Shown in pieces: positions 1 through 7,918 of a stretch of 32,000 nucleotides of DNA. The notes beneath the pieces are model-generated. The model was not told the DNA's origin. It did no database searches and saw only the letters and a program-made list of their open reading frames with translations. The stretch is from Coprobacillaceae bacterium (GTDB taxonomy: Bacteria > Bacillota_I > Bacilli_A > Erysipelotrichales > Coprobacillaceae). The stretch lies in the NCBI GenBank assembly GCA_963675915.1, contig OY780959.1, positions 1,920,001 to 1,952,000 on the forward strand. Reading direction: 5' to 3'. The position numbers were made by a program, and so were the translations under genes. Positions within the stretch are counted from its first letter, which is position 1; every line of letters starts with the position of its first letter.

Positions 1-301
1 GAACCATTCCAACTATTTCGAAAACAGCCGGAACAAAACACATCAAAATTGCCGGACGGCCAACTTTTTTAAGATCCTTGATATCCAGATTAAGACCTGC
101 CCGGGCCAGGATGATGATTAAGGCTATTTGGCGCAAATCGGTGGAAACCTCCAGGATTTTCGGATCCAACAGATTTAGCACATAGGGCCCCAACAATATC
201 CCGGTAAGCAACATCCCCAGCAGACGGGGCATCTTCAGTTTTTCAAATAATTTCCCCAAAGACATTCCAATAAGCAAAATCAATGCAAACGACAATAACA
301 T
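1..301 (-). CDS. Cation:proton antiporter (Kef/NapA-type sodium/hydrogen exchanger family), N-terminal part; the gene continues past the left edge of the window
   Basis: A reverse-strand ORF starts at ATG (complement of 299-301), preceded by an AAAGGAG RBS, and stays open to position 1. The translation is MLLSFALILLIGMSLGKLFEKLKMPRLLGMLLTGILLGPYVLNLLDPKILEVSTDLRQIALIIILARAGLNLD..., a typical hydrophobic N-terminus for this family. It is absent from the supplied ORF track because it is truncated. Confidence 0.7.
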   Translation of the reverse strand, partial: MLLSFALILLIGMSLGKLFEKLKMPRLLGMLLTGILLGPYVLNLLDPKILEVSTDLRQIALIIILARAGLNLDIKDLKKVGRPAILMCFVPAVFEIVGMV

Positions 302-532
302 GTAAATTCTCCTTTTTATGAACAAACGATAACCGGAATGATCAATCGACCATTTCACCGCCAATAAAGTGGCAAAAAATCCGCTCACAATCAACAGTAA
401 TTTCCGATATCCCAAAATATTTCTACGGCATAGATTATAACACCACTTCCGTTTTTTTTAAACACCAATCAACGATTTACTTGATTCGATATCCATCAAT
501 TATCGGACTCTATGCCATAATCAATAAAAACA

Positions 533-559
533 CAAAAAAAACCCTGCCTAAGCAGAGTC
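533..559 (-). terminator. Intrinsic terminator downstream of the tRNA cluster
   Basis: On the minus strand the sequence reads GACTCTGC-ttag-GCAGGGT followed by T8, immediately 3' of tRNA-Ala. Confidence 0.6.
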
Positions 560-571
560 TCATTTTTATTT

Positions 572-647
572 TGGTGGAGCCTAGCGGGATCGAACCGCTG
601 ACCCCCTGCGTGCAAGGCAAGTGCTCTCCCAGCTGAGCTAAGGCCCC
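572..647 (-). tRNA. tRNA-Ala (anticodon UGC), CCA encoded
   Basis: The reverse complement is GGGGCCTTAGCTCAGCTGGGAGAGCACTTGCCTTGCACGCAGGGGGTCAGCGGTTCGATCCCGCTAGGCTCCACCA. It folds as a cloverleaf with the G3:U70 Ala identity pair, anticodon loop CTTGCAC, and a GGTTCGATCC T-arm. Confidence 0.95.
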
Positions 648-671
648 AAAACAATAATAAATATTAAATTA

Positions 672-748
<77 letters not shown>

Positions 749-776
749 ATAATTTATATATTAAGCAAACAATTAA

Positions 777-853
<77 letters not shown>

Positions 854-872
854 ATCAACTGACTGCCTGTAT

Positions 873-901
873 ATAGTACCATACACAAATGCCATCGTCA
901 A
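873..901 (-). promoter_or_regulatory. Sigma-A type promoter for the tRNA Ile-Ile-Ala transcription unit
   Basis: On the minus strand: TTGACG (896-901), a 17-nt spacer, then TGG-TACTAT (extended -10, hexamer at 873-878). It is preceded by an A/T-rich UP-like tract (aaaaaagaatttttttttaaaaaa). Confidence 0.6.
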
Positions 902-1222
902 CACATTTTTTAAAAAAAAATTCTTTTTTAAAACAGGTTCAAATCAATTGAAATTTTAACTCGACTCAGGCCTCAAACCCGGGTAATTTTGATTCGATTT
1001 TTTCACCAGTTTGGCTCTGATTGAACCAGTCCTCGCCAGCTAAAATAGACCCATTTTTTTACGATGAATAATTACATTAATTGGCATTGATTAAATCTAT
1101 TAATCAATCATATAAATTATATTAATGATAAAATAGTGGCAATGTGATAAATAATTATTGTATTAATGTTCTACTTTGATATAATCATTTCAAAGATATT
1201 ATATAAAAAAGGGGAGATTAAC

Positions 1223-2407
1223 ATGGACTTTAGATTTTCAAAAAGATTCAACGATTTAACACCTAGTATGATTCGTGAAGTTCGCGTCAAAGCGGCTGGA
1301 CCGGGGATGATTGACTTTTCGGTCGGTCGTCCGGCCAAAGAGGTATTTCCAGAAGAAAGAATCCGCAGCTTGTCTGATAAGATACTGGCAGAAAATATGT
1401 ATGAAATCTTGCAATATGCCAGCAAAACTGCTGATGACGATCTGGTCATTGAATTGAAGAAATTTTTTAACAGCATCGAGAATATTGTGACCGACGATGA
1501 TGATATCATGGTTACATCAGGTTCAGGGGAAGGTTTGGAGTTGGCATCCAAAGTATTCTGTGACGAAGGCGACTCAATCATTGTTGAAGATCCAAGTTTT
1601 GTAGGGGCACTTAACGGATTCAAAAGCAATGGGGCAAAATTAATCGGGGTACCACTCGAAAGTGACGGATTAGATCTAGATTTGTTGGAAAAGGCCATGC
1701 AGACCAAGCCAACACCAAAATTGCTATACATCATTCCGACCTTTCAAAATCCCAAATGTTTTACCACTCCATTAGAAAAGAGAAAAGCAATTTACGAGCT
1801 ATGTCTTAAATACGGGGTTATGATTTTAGAAGACAATCCTTATGGTAATTTACGCTTTAAAGGTAAGGCCGTTCCTTCATTTAAAGCTTTGGATACTGAA
1901 GGTATCGTTATTTATCTGGCAAGTTTGTCAAAAATCATCTCACCGGGAGTACGTGTCGGGACTGTGGTTGCCAGAAAAGAAGTTGTAAATAAATTTTCTA
2001 CTATGAAGGGTACCCGTGGTGGAGCTGTTACCAACTGGTCGCAACATTTGATCAAAAAATTCCTGCAGACAACTGATATGGAAGATCATATTGCCAGAGT
2101 AACCGAAATCTACCGCATCAAAAGCGCCTTGATGCTCGAAAAAATGCGTGAACATTTCCACCCGGACATCAGAATTCAGGAGCCCGATGGCGGAATGTTT
2201 ATCTGGTTCGATCTACCTGAATATGTAAGTGTCGATGAATTCTTCGATAAAGCAGTTGCCAAACACATAGCCATCGTACCTGGAAATGGGTTCGCTACCG
2301 ACTATGAATCCCAAGGATTCCGACTGTCATTTACAACTGCCACCATGGATGAAATCGTTACTGGTATTAAAACACTTGGTGAAATTTCATACGAGTGCTG
2401 CAATTAA
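1223..2407 (+). CDS. PLP-dependent aminotransferase, class I/II fold (ARO8 / 2-aminoadipate-type family)
   Basis: The ORF track lists 1166-2407. I prefer the ATG at 1223 (MDFRFSKRF...) because an AAAGGGGAG RBS lies 6-7 nt upstream. Family motifs are present: ...PSMIREV..., NPYGNLRF, and SLSKIISPGVRVG (PLP lysine context). Confidence 0.8.
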   Translation: MDFRFSKRFNDLTPSMIREVRVKAAGPGMIDFSVGRPAKEVFPEERIRSLSDKILAENMYEILQYASKTADDDLVIELKKFFNSIENIVTDDDDIMVTSGSGEGLELASKVFCDEGDSIIVEDPSFVGALNGFKSNGAKLIGVPLESDGLDLDLLEKAMQTKPTPKLLYIIPTFQNPKCFTTPLEKRKAIYELCLKYGVMILEDNPYGNLRFKGKAVPSFKALDTEGIVIYLASLSKIISPGVRVGTVVARKEVVNKFSTMKGTRGGAVTNWSQHLIKKFLQTTDMEDHIARVTEIYRIKSALMLEKMREHFHPDIRIQEPDGGMFIWFDLPEYVSVDEFFDKAVAKHIAIVPGNGFATDYESQGFRLSFTTATMDEIVTGIKTLGEISYECCN

Positions 2408-2414
2408 TCAAAAC

Positions 2415-2457
2415 AAAAACCATGAAGCTTACCAATGATAAGATTCATGGTTTTTTA
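2415..2457. terminator. Bidirectional intrinsic terminator between the convergent aminotransferase and EamA genes
   Basis: AAAAACCATGAA (2415-2426) pairs with TTCATGGTTTTT (2444-2455). The A-run and T-run flanks allow termination in both directions. Confidence 0.75.
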
Positions 2458-2470
2458 CTTGGTCATGTTA

Positions 2471-3373
2471 TCATTGACCGGTTTTAGCCAGTTCACTATC
2501 ACTCTTATCGTTGAGAGGGCGATCTCCGGCACCAAAACTCGCAAACAGGGTAACTGCCAATATTATCGAACCGCCCATGATTTCGTTTAGAGACGGCATT
2601 TCCCCAAGAATCATCAACGCCAGAACGATTCCGTACACTGACTCCATACTAGAAACAACTCCGGCTGTCTGCGCTCGGATTTTTTTCAAAGCAGCCACAA
2701 AAAGAGAATGGGCAATGGCTGTACAGACCACTCCTAAAAATATGATCAATAAAAACTCGTTAGCATCAAAAACAAAATCGACCAGAACCAGGCTTGGCAA
2801 TAATATTACCGTCGCAATCGACTGTTCGAAAAAACATACCACCGTGCTTTTGTATGACCCGGAAAGTTTCCGGTTTAGCAAGGACAAAACGGCATAAGTG
2901 AAACTTGAACACATCCCCCAGAGTATCCCGGCTATTATTCCTCCATCGAGTGAATGGTAGGGCACGAGCACAAAAACTCCTATCAGCATCAAAACTGCCA
3001 GCACTAGATCCCTGGTCATTAGCCGCTCCTTAAAAACAACCGGCTCCATAAATGTCACAAATAGCGGAAAGGTTGAAAAGGTCACCGTTCCAATAGCTAC
3101 ACTCGAAATCTGAATCGAATGCATAAAACTGGTCCAATGCAAAGCCAGAACCAATCCCGAAATCCCAAACCATAAGTAATCACTTTTACGAGCAACTTTG
3201 AATGAGCCCTTTGTCAGTAATATAATCACAGCTAAAAATACCGAGGAAAAGAAGACTCTTCCCAACGTGACAATAACTGCCGGAGCCATTACATGACGGC
3301 CGATAATCCCCGCCAAACCAAACAGCAGAGTTGCAAAATGAACCTGACCTAGATATCTGAAATTTTTATCCAT
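2471..3373 (-). CDS. EamA/DMT-family transporter
   Basis: The ORF track lists 2471-3391. The start is moved to the ATG at 3373 (MDKNFRYLG...), which follows an AAGGAGGGG RBS. The protein is about 300 aa, polytopic and hydrophobic, with the two-repeat layout typical of the DMT superfamily. Confidence 0.7.
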   Translation of the reverse strand: MDKNFRYLGQVHFATLLFGLAGIIGRHVMAPAVIVTLGRVFFSSVFLAVIILLTKGSFKVARKSDYLWFGISGLVLALHWTSFMHSIQISSVAIGTVTFSTFPLFVTFMEPVVFKERLMTRDLVLAVLMLIGVFVLVPYHSLDGGIIAGILWGMCSSFTYAVLSLLNRKLSGSYKSTVVCFFEQSIATVILLPSLVLVDFVFDANEFLLIIFLGVVCTAIAHSLFVAALKKIRAQTAGVVSSMESVYGIVLALMILGEMPSLNEIMGGSIILAVTLFASFGAGDRPLNDKSDSELAKTGQ

Positions 3374-3468
3374 AAAACCCCTCCTTTGCAACGTTATTAT
3401 TACCTCGATAAAATATTATCACAACCAACTTTTATTGTAAACCTCATTGTGTCTTTTTGCTATTCAAA

Positions 3469-3502
3469 AGAAAAAAGTTCCTGGCGTTAAGTCCGGGAAC
3501 TT
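3469..3502 (-). terminator. Intrinsic terminator of the AEC transporter gene
   Basis: On the minus strand: AAGTTCC...GGAACTT stem followed by T6, starting about 12 nt after the stop codon. Confidence 0.65.
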
Positions 3503-3514
3503 GTAACATTATCC

Positions 3515-4444
3515 TTAGATCAATTGATAGAACATTACAATCAGCGGCATCGTGATAATACAAAAAATAACCGAAATCACATTGATGACGCTTGAATAAG
3601 CAGGATTCTTATCGAATATCTGGGCAAAATTGGTTATCGTCGAAGCAGTCGGCGCACTCGCCGCCAATAACGTAATAATGAATATTTCATTTCCGCCGCT
3701 GTTAAGGAAGAAAATATCTGTAACCTTGAGCATTGCAACCGCAATTAACGGGAAGATAATCAGACGGTAGAAACCAATCATGTATGCTCTTTTAGTTGAG
3801 AAAACATCCAACAGATGCATGTCGGCAATCAACATCCCAACAATAATCATACTCAATGGTCCAATCATACTTCCGAAACTCGATACCGTCTCCCCAAGGA
3901 TTGTCGGTAACGTAATTCGGTTAATGAACATGACGAACCCGACAATAATGGCAATCACATTGATATTCATGATTATCTTTTTCAGATCATACTCTTTGCT
4001 TTCCATTACCAGACTTTTAGCATGAGTCCAAAGCAAGACGGTTTGGACCAGCATGTACCCCGAGCTGTAAATAACCCATTCAGTTCCCAGAACCGAACCA
4101 ACCAACGGAATGATCAGATTGCCTGAGTTAGCATAAACGACAGCCGCTTTTTCAATCGAGGTGAACTTCCTCACCCTTGCAAGCATTTTGGCAACTACAA
4201 TGAATATCACCTGCACTACAACAGCCCCAACAACTGCAATCAGCAGACCGTTTAATTTTTCATTGGTGAACTCTACCTGATATGAACTTAAAATAGCGCA
4301 GGGAGCTGCGACATAAAGGACGAATTTCGACAGGATTTTACTGTCTTGAACATGGAATATTTTGGCTTTGACAATTATATAGCCGATGACCACCATAATA
4401 AAAAGTTTCAAAATCTGCATCATTAATAATATACTAAGTTCCAT
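3515..4444 (-). CDS. AEC-family (auxin efflux carrier / malate-permease-like) transporter
   Basis: The ORF track lists 3515-4513. The start is moved to the ATG at 4444 (MELSILLMMQILKLFIMVVIGYI...), with a GGAGG RBS 6 nt upstream. The protein is a polytopic membrane protein with the family-typical N-terminus and length (about 309 aa). Confidence 0.7.
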   Translation of the reverse strand: MELSILLMMQILKLFIMVVIGYIIVKAKIFHVQDSKILSKFVLYVAAPCAILSSYQVEFTNEKLNGLLIAVVGAVVVQVIFIVVAKMLARVRKFTSIEKAAVVYANSGNLIIPLVGSVLGTEWVIYSSGYMLVQTVLLWTHAKSLVMESKEYDLKKIIMNINVIAIIVGFVMFINRITLPTILGETVSSFGSMIGPLSMIIVGMLIADMHLLDVFSTKRAYMIGFYRLIIFPLIAVAMLKVTDIFFLNSGGNEIFIITLLAASAPTASTITNFAQIFDKNPAYSSVINVISVIFCIITMPLIVMFYQLI

Positions 4445-4646
4445 AACAGGCCTCCATCTAAATGATATTAATAACATTATATCTAATCCCTGATTTTTGC
4501 CAGCGTTTTTCATAATCGGAAATTAATATTGCGAAACGTGATTATTTTTTAATTTCAAAATTTTTACCCCGAAACTAATATGAATGGGAATTAACTAAAA
4601 ATCGAGTAGGAGGAAATAAATAAAATTTTATTTCCGACCTCTCACA

Positions 4647-4676
4647 CCACCGTACGTGCCGTCCGGCATACGGCGG
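4647..4676 (-). ncRNA. Group II intron domain V (catalytic hairpin)
   Basis: On the minus strand: CCGCCGTATGCC-GGAC-GGCACGTACGGTGG. This is a bulged hairpin with a GNRA-like loop and the CGC triad at its base. Confidence 0.85.
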
Positions 4677-4683
4677 TTTAAAT

Positions 4684-5968
4684 CTATACTAAAATATGTT
4701 TTAACTGATATTGGTCTAGCAGTGATGCTAGACCATTTCTTTTGAGTACTTTGTTTGTTATTTTGGTTCGCAGAAACGTGCTTGCACAGCGGGCATATGA
4801 TTTCCTGGAATTTGACCATGATTCATATTGCCATCTTTGGGCCCCTAGTTTTCTCAACTGTTTTCTACGGTTCTTGATGGTTTTCCATTTCTTCCACAGG
4901 TACATTCGGATTCTAAATCTAATCCAGCCATCCAGTCTTGCACATTTGGATTTGAAATTTCCGATTCGGTAGTAATTGATCCACCCGACAATAAGTTGCC
5001 TTATTTTCATTCGGCGAAATTCCCATGATACTAACCAACTTCTATTAGTCAGTTCTCTGAGCTTATCTTTCAAGATAGCTATTGATTTAGCATGTGGTTT
5101 GGCTTTCCATGACTGGCTGAAGTTGTCATAATAGAATCCAGATCCCAAGTATTTGATATCCTTTTGGTTTGGATACTTTGCTTTTGGTCATGTTGACCTT
5201 GAGCCCCAACTTCTTTTCAATGAACTTTCGCACATTCTCCATAACTCTATCTGCAGCTTTACTGCTACCGACAAATATCATGCAGTCATCAGCGTACCTA
5301 GTAAAATGCAACCCTCTAGCCTCCAATTCTTTGTCGAGTTCGTTAAGGACGATATTACTCAACAATGGACTCAACGGCCCTCCTTGGCTTGATCCGATTA
5401 TTGACTCTTTGTATTCTCCATCAATGCTTATTCCACTTACCAGGAATTTTCTTATCAGTGATACAATTTCACCATTCTTGACATCTTTCATGATTAAGGT
5501 AATCAATTTATCGTGGTTGATGTTATCAAAGAATTTCTCCAAGTCAATGTCAACAATCCATTGGAAACCATCATTCATGTATTCCAATGATTTGATGATT
5601 ACCATCTCACAATTTCTATTAGGTCTAAAACCGTAGCTGTTATCGCTGAACAAGGGTTCATATATAGGAATCAATACCTGGGCGATGGCTTGTTGAACGA
5701 ACCTGTCGAGCACTGTTGGCACTCCTAGGTTTCTAACTCCACCATCTAGTTTAGGTATTTCCACTCTTAATACAGGCTGTGGTTTGTATTTCCTGTTTTG
5801 TATCATTTCCTTTATTTCATCAAGATGTTCATCGAGATGTCCTTTGAGGTCCAATACTTTCATTCCATCAACGCCACTAGCGCCTTTGTTTCGTTTTACT
5901 TGGGTATATGCCTTTTTGAGATTGATATCACTAAGCATTTCTTCAAGTAATGTGTTATCAGTATTCAT
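4684..5968 (-). pseudogene. Group II intron-encoded reverse transcriptase/maturase (IEP), interrupted by a +1-nt frameshift near 5160-5167
   Basis: The RT part (track ORF 5126-6082, likely start ATG at 5968 after GGAGG, MNTDNTLLEEML...) carries GASGVDGM, ...FTRYADDCMIFV. The maturase (X-domain) part (track ORF 4684-5148) carries GWINYYRIGN. In the second frame the reading ...PKAKYPNQKDIKYLGSGFYYD overlaps the first frame ...SKVSKPKGYQILGIWILL*. Removing one base from CCAAAAGG restores SKVSKPKDIKYLGSGFYYD, giving about 427 aa. Confidence 0.8.
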
Positions 5969-6493
5969 ATTTCCGTTACCTCCATTGATTTCGCTATTCA
6001 TCAGGCTCACTTCCCCTACATTCTTCTTTCGGGCCTTGATAGTGTGTTCGTCTGTCTTTGCGGTTTCGCATGATGAAATCAAGCCTAATTTTAATAACTG
6101 ATAGATTCATTCAGTCCTTCACTCCATGGCCATTACAGCCACTTCTTCGCTACTACGACGTCTGCTGACTTCTTGCGATTCGTTGTTACTAGGATTGCTC
6201 CCTCGCAAGATCTCCCGGGATAAGGTCATATCTCTTTCACCCCATATATCCGCCACATTTACATGTAATAGTTGTATTCCGCAACCTCTTATGACTTCGC
6301 GTTGTTTGGCACGCTCGTCCCCATTACCTGCCTGATATGTGATTTGTGTACCTCGGACCAGGGTTTTGCCTCCATCTTCTTTCAGATTCCACCTCACGAT
6401 GGACACCCTTGATATTGGCTAGTGGTTGGCAGTTGCGACGTCACCCCCACAGTGGACTTTCACCACCTAGATATATGCCATGCCCGGCATACC

Positions 6494-6526
6494 AAAAAAG
6501 GATTGAATTGCTTAAAGCAATTTCAA
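6494..6526 (-). terminator. Intrinsic terminator of galK; also the likely IIC intron target structure
   Basis: On the minus strand: TTGAAATTGC-tttaa-GCAATTCAA (one bulge) followed by TCCTTTTTTG. The intron 5' end (GTATG) starts right after the T-run. Confidence 0.7.
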
Positions 6527-6580
6527 CCCTTGATCTAAAACACTTGTTTTTGTTTAGCCATCACAATTACGCTATGGCTT

Positions 6581-7858
6581 CTAGATTATCTTGATCCCAC
6601 CGTATTGACGGATTTTCAAAACATGGCAAGTACCTAATCCAAAACATTTTTCAATTTCATTTTTATAATTCGCTACCTGTTCATCCTTCACAAATGCCTG
6701 GATCGTCCCAGCAAATCCTCCTCCATGTACGCGACAGACTCCATCATCACCGAGAATGTTTTCGGAAAGGGCCAAAGCGATTGAAACTGCCTGGTCATCG
6801 ATGTAACTGTTCGAATAGATATTTTGCAGATACTTGAATGAACTGTCGCCTGATTCTTTGACAATTGATTTGAAATCAGCGAATTGACCGTTCTTGAGAT
6901 AATCAACAGCTTTTTCCACCCGTTTGTTTTCATTGAAGAAATGAATTGCTCTTAGGACCGCCCGATCACCGGTCAAATCACGCAACTCTTTGATATTTGC
7001 ATAAAACTCAGTTTCATCAACTTCTCTTAAAACAGCTTTCTTGAAATATCCGGAAACTTTTTTCATTTCCGAAGGAATTGCTGCGTAATCATTTGTCAGA
7101 TCCGCGTGAGATGCATTCACATCAACAATGCAAAGACTATGGCCGAATTTGCCAAAATCAGATTCGACTTTTGCGACCTTGGGATTATCATTATCTTCGA
7201 AATCAATATGAATCAACCCTCCAACCGAACAAGCGCATTGATCCATCAGACCACAAGGCTTATCGAAATAGAAATTCTCACTATATTGACCTGCCTTAGC
7301 AATTGTCACCGGATCCACTTTCATTTCGTTGTAAAGACCTGAAAGAACCGTCCCGATCATTACCTCAAAGGCAGCCGAAGATGACAAACCTGAACCTTGC
7401 AATACTTCACTGGTCATGTAGGCATTGAATCCACCAATATTATATTTCAATTGGTCAAATCGTGCCAAGACACCTCTAATCAAAGCTTCCGAAGTTTCAG
7501 TTTCTTCTGCTTTGATGACCAGATCATTAACCGCCACGGCTTTCAAATCATAATCATCCGATAAAATCTTCACTTCAGAATCATTCTTGGCTACGATTGC
7601 AATGATATCAAGATTGATTGCTGCAGCCAGAACCTCCCCTTTTTGGTGGTCTGTGTGGTTACCGCAAACCTCACTTCTACCTGGAGTGCTGTATATTTCC
7701 ACATCTTGATCGCCATACAAATCAATAAACTTTTCAATCGCCGCTATATATCTTTTTTTCTGAGCGGGCAATTTGTCACAATCAACATAGACATCCTCGA
7801 TTCTCTTATCATGTCGATTACCCTCAAATTCTTTAATCAACTCACTTGCTTTTTTCAC
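6581..7858 (-). CDS. galK: Galactokinase-family GHMP kinase
   Basis: 425 aa. GHMP motif II is present (GSGLSSSAAFEV). The N-terminal sugar-binding signature appears as the variant PGRSEVCGNHTDHQKG. The gene lies directly downstream of galT. The apparent start codon is GTG (7856-7858). Confidence 0.75.
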   Translation of the reverse strand: MKKASELIKEFEGNRHDKRIEDVYVDCDKLPAQKKRYIAAIEKFIDLYGDQDVEIYSTPGRSEVCGNHTDHQKGEVLAAAINLDIIAIVAKNDSEVKILSDDYDLKAVAVNDLVIKAEETETSEALIRGVLARFDQLKYNIGGFNAYMTSEVLQGSGLSSSAAFEVMIGTVLSGLYNEMKVDPVTIAKAGQYSENFYFDKPCGLMDQCACSVGGLIHIDFEDNDNPKVAKVESDFGKFGHSLCIVDVNASHADLTNDYAAIPSEMKKVSGYFKKAVLREVDETEFYANIKELRDLTGDRAVLRAIHFFNENKRVEKAVDYLKNGQFADFKSIVKESGDSSFKYLQNIYSNSYIDDQAVSIALALSENILGDDGVCRVHGGGFAGTIQAFVKDEQVANYKNEIEKCFGLGTCHVLKIRQYGGIKII

Positions 7859-7918
7859 TAGTTATCAACCTTTGCGCCAATAAAATATTGACGCTCTTTC
7901 TTCATATTATTACTTATA

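Larger units (their letters stand above)
4606..6492 (-). mobile_element. Group II intron, bacterial class C (IIC)-like, about 1.9 kb, inserted directly after the galK terminator
   Basis: 1. Domain V is present (AACCGCCGTATGCCGGACGGCACGTACGGTGGTG) with the CGC catalytic triad typical of IIC. 2. A domain VI hairpin (GGAAATAAA...TTTATTTCC) follows, ending ...CCTAC. 3. A compact DI-DIII of about 410 nt carries blocks I recognise from IIC ribozymes (CAAGGGTGTCC, GGAATCTGAAAGAAG, GAAGTCAGCAGACGTCGTAGTA). 4. An RT/maturase ORF with YADD and no endonuclease domain lies in DIV. 5. The 5' end abuts the T-run of a stem-loop terminator. The boundaries were inferred by eye and are accurate to a few nt. 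Confidence 0.85.

Noticed and set aside
936-945. GGTTCAAATC on the plus strand, resembling a tRNA T-arm. It could be a relic att site of an integrated element next to the tRNA cluster.
   Set aside because: Only about 10 nt match. There is no second repeat, integrase or foreign genes nearby, so the support is insufficient.
1087-1107. An inverted repeat, TTGATTAA-atcta-TTAATCAA, upstream of the first aminotransferase.
   Set aside because: The arms are short and all-AT in a very AT-rich spacer, so chance occurrence is plausible. It does not recur elsewhere in the window.
4628-4819. A 63-aa minus-strand ORF overlapping the end of the maturase gene and domains V/VI.
   Set aside because: It is out of frame with the IEP and covers structured ribozyme RNA, so it is judged spurious.
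4684-6082. Whether the reverse transcriptase could belong to a retron, a DGR or an Abi-type RT defence system.
   Set aside because: It is flanked by unmistakable group II ribozyme elements (DV with catalytic triad, DVI, DI-III blocks) and carries a maturase X domain. No msr/msd-like repeats or template/variable repeat pairs were seen.
6083-6594. Track ORFs 6119-6406(-), 6126-6335(+) and 6346-6594(+), lying between the RT gene and galK.
   Set aside because: They fall inside intron ribozyme domains I-III and the galK terminator. None has an RBS, and the conserved RNA blocks explain the sequence better.
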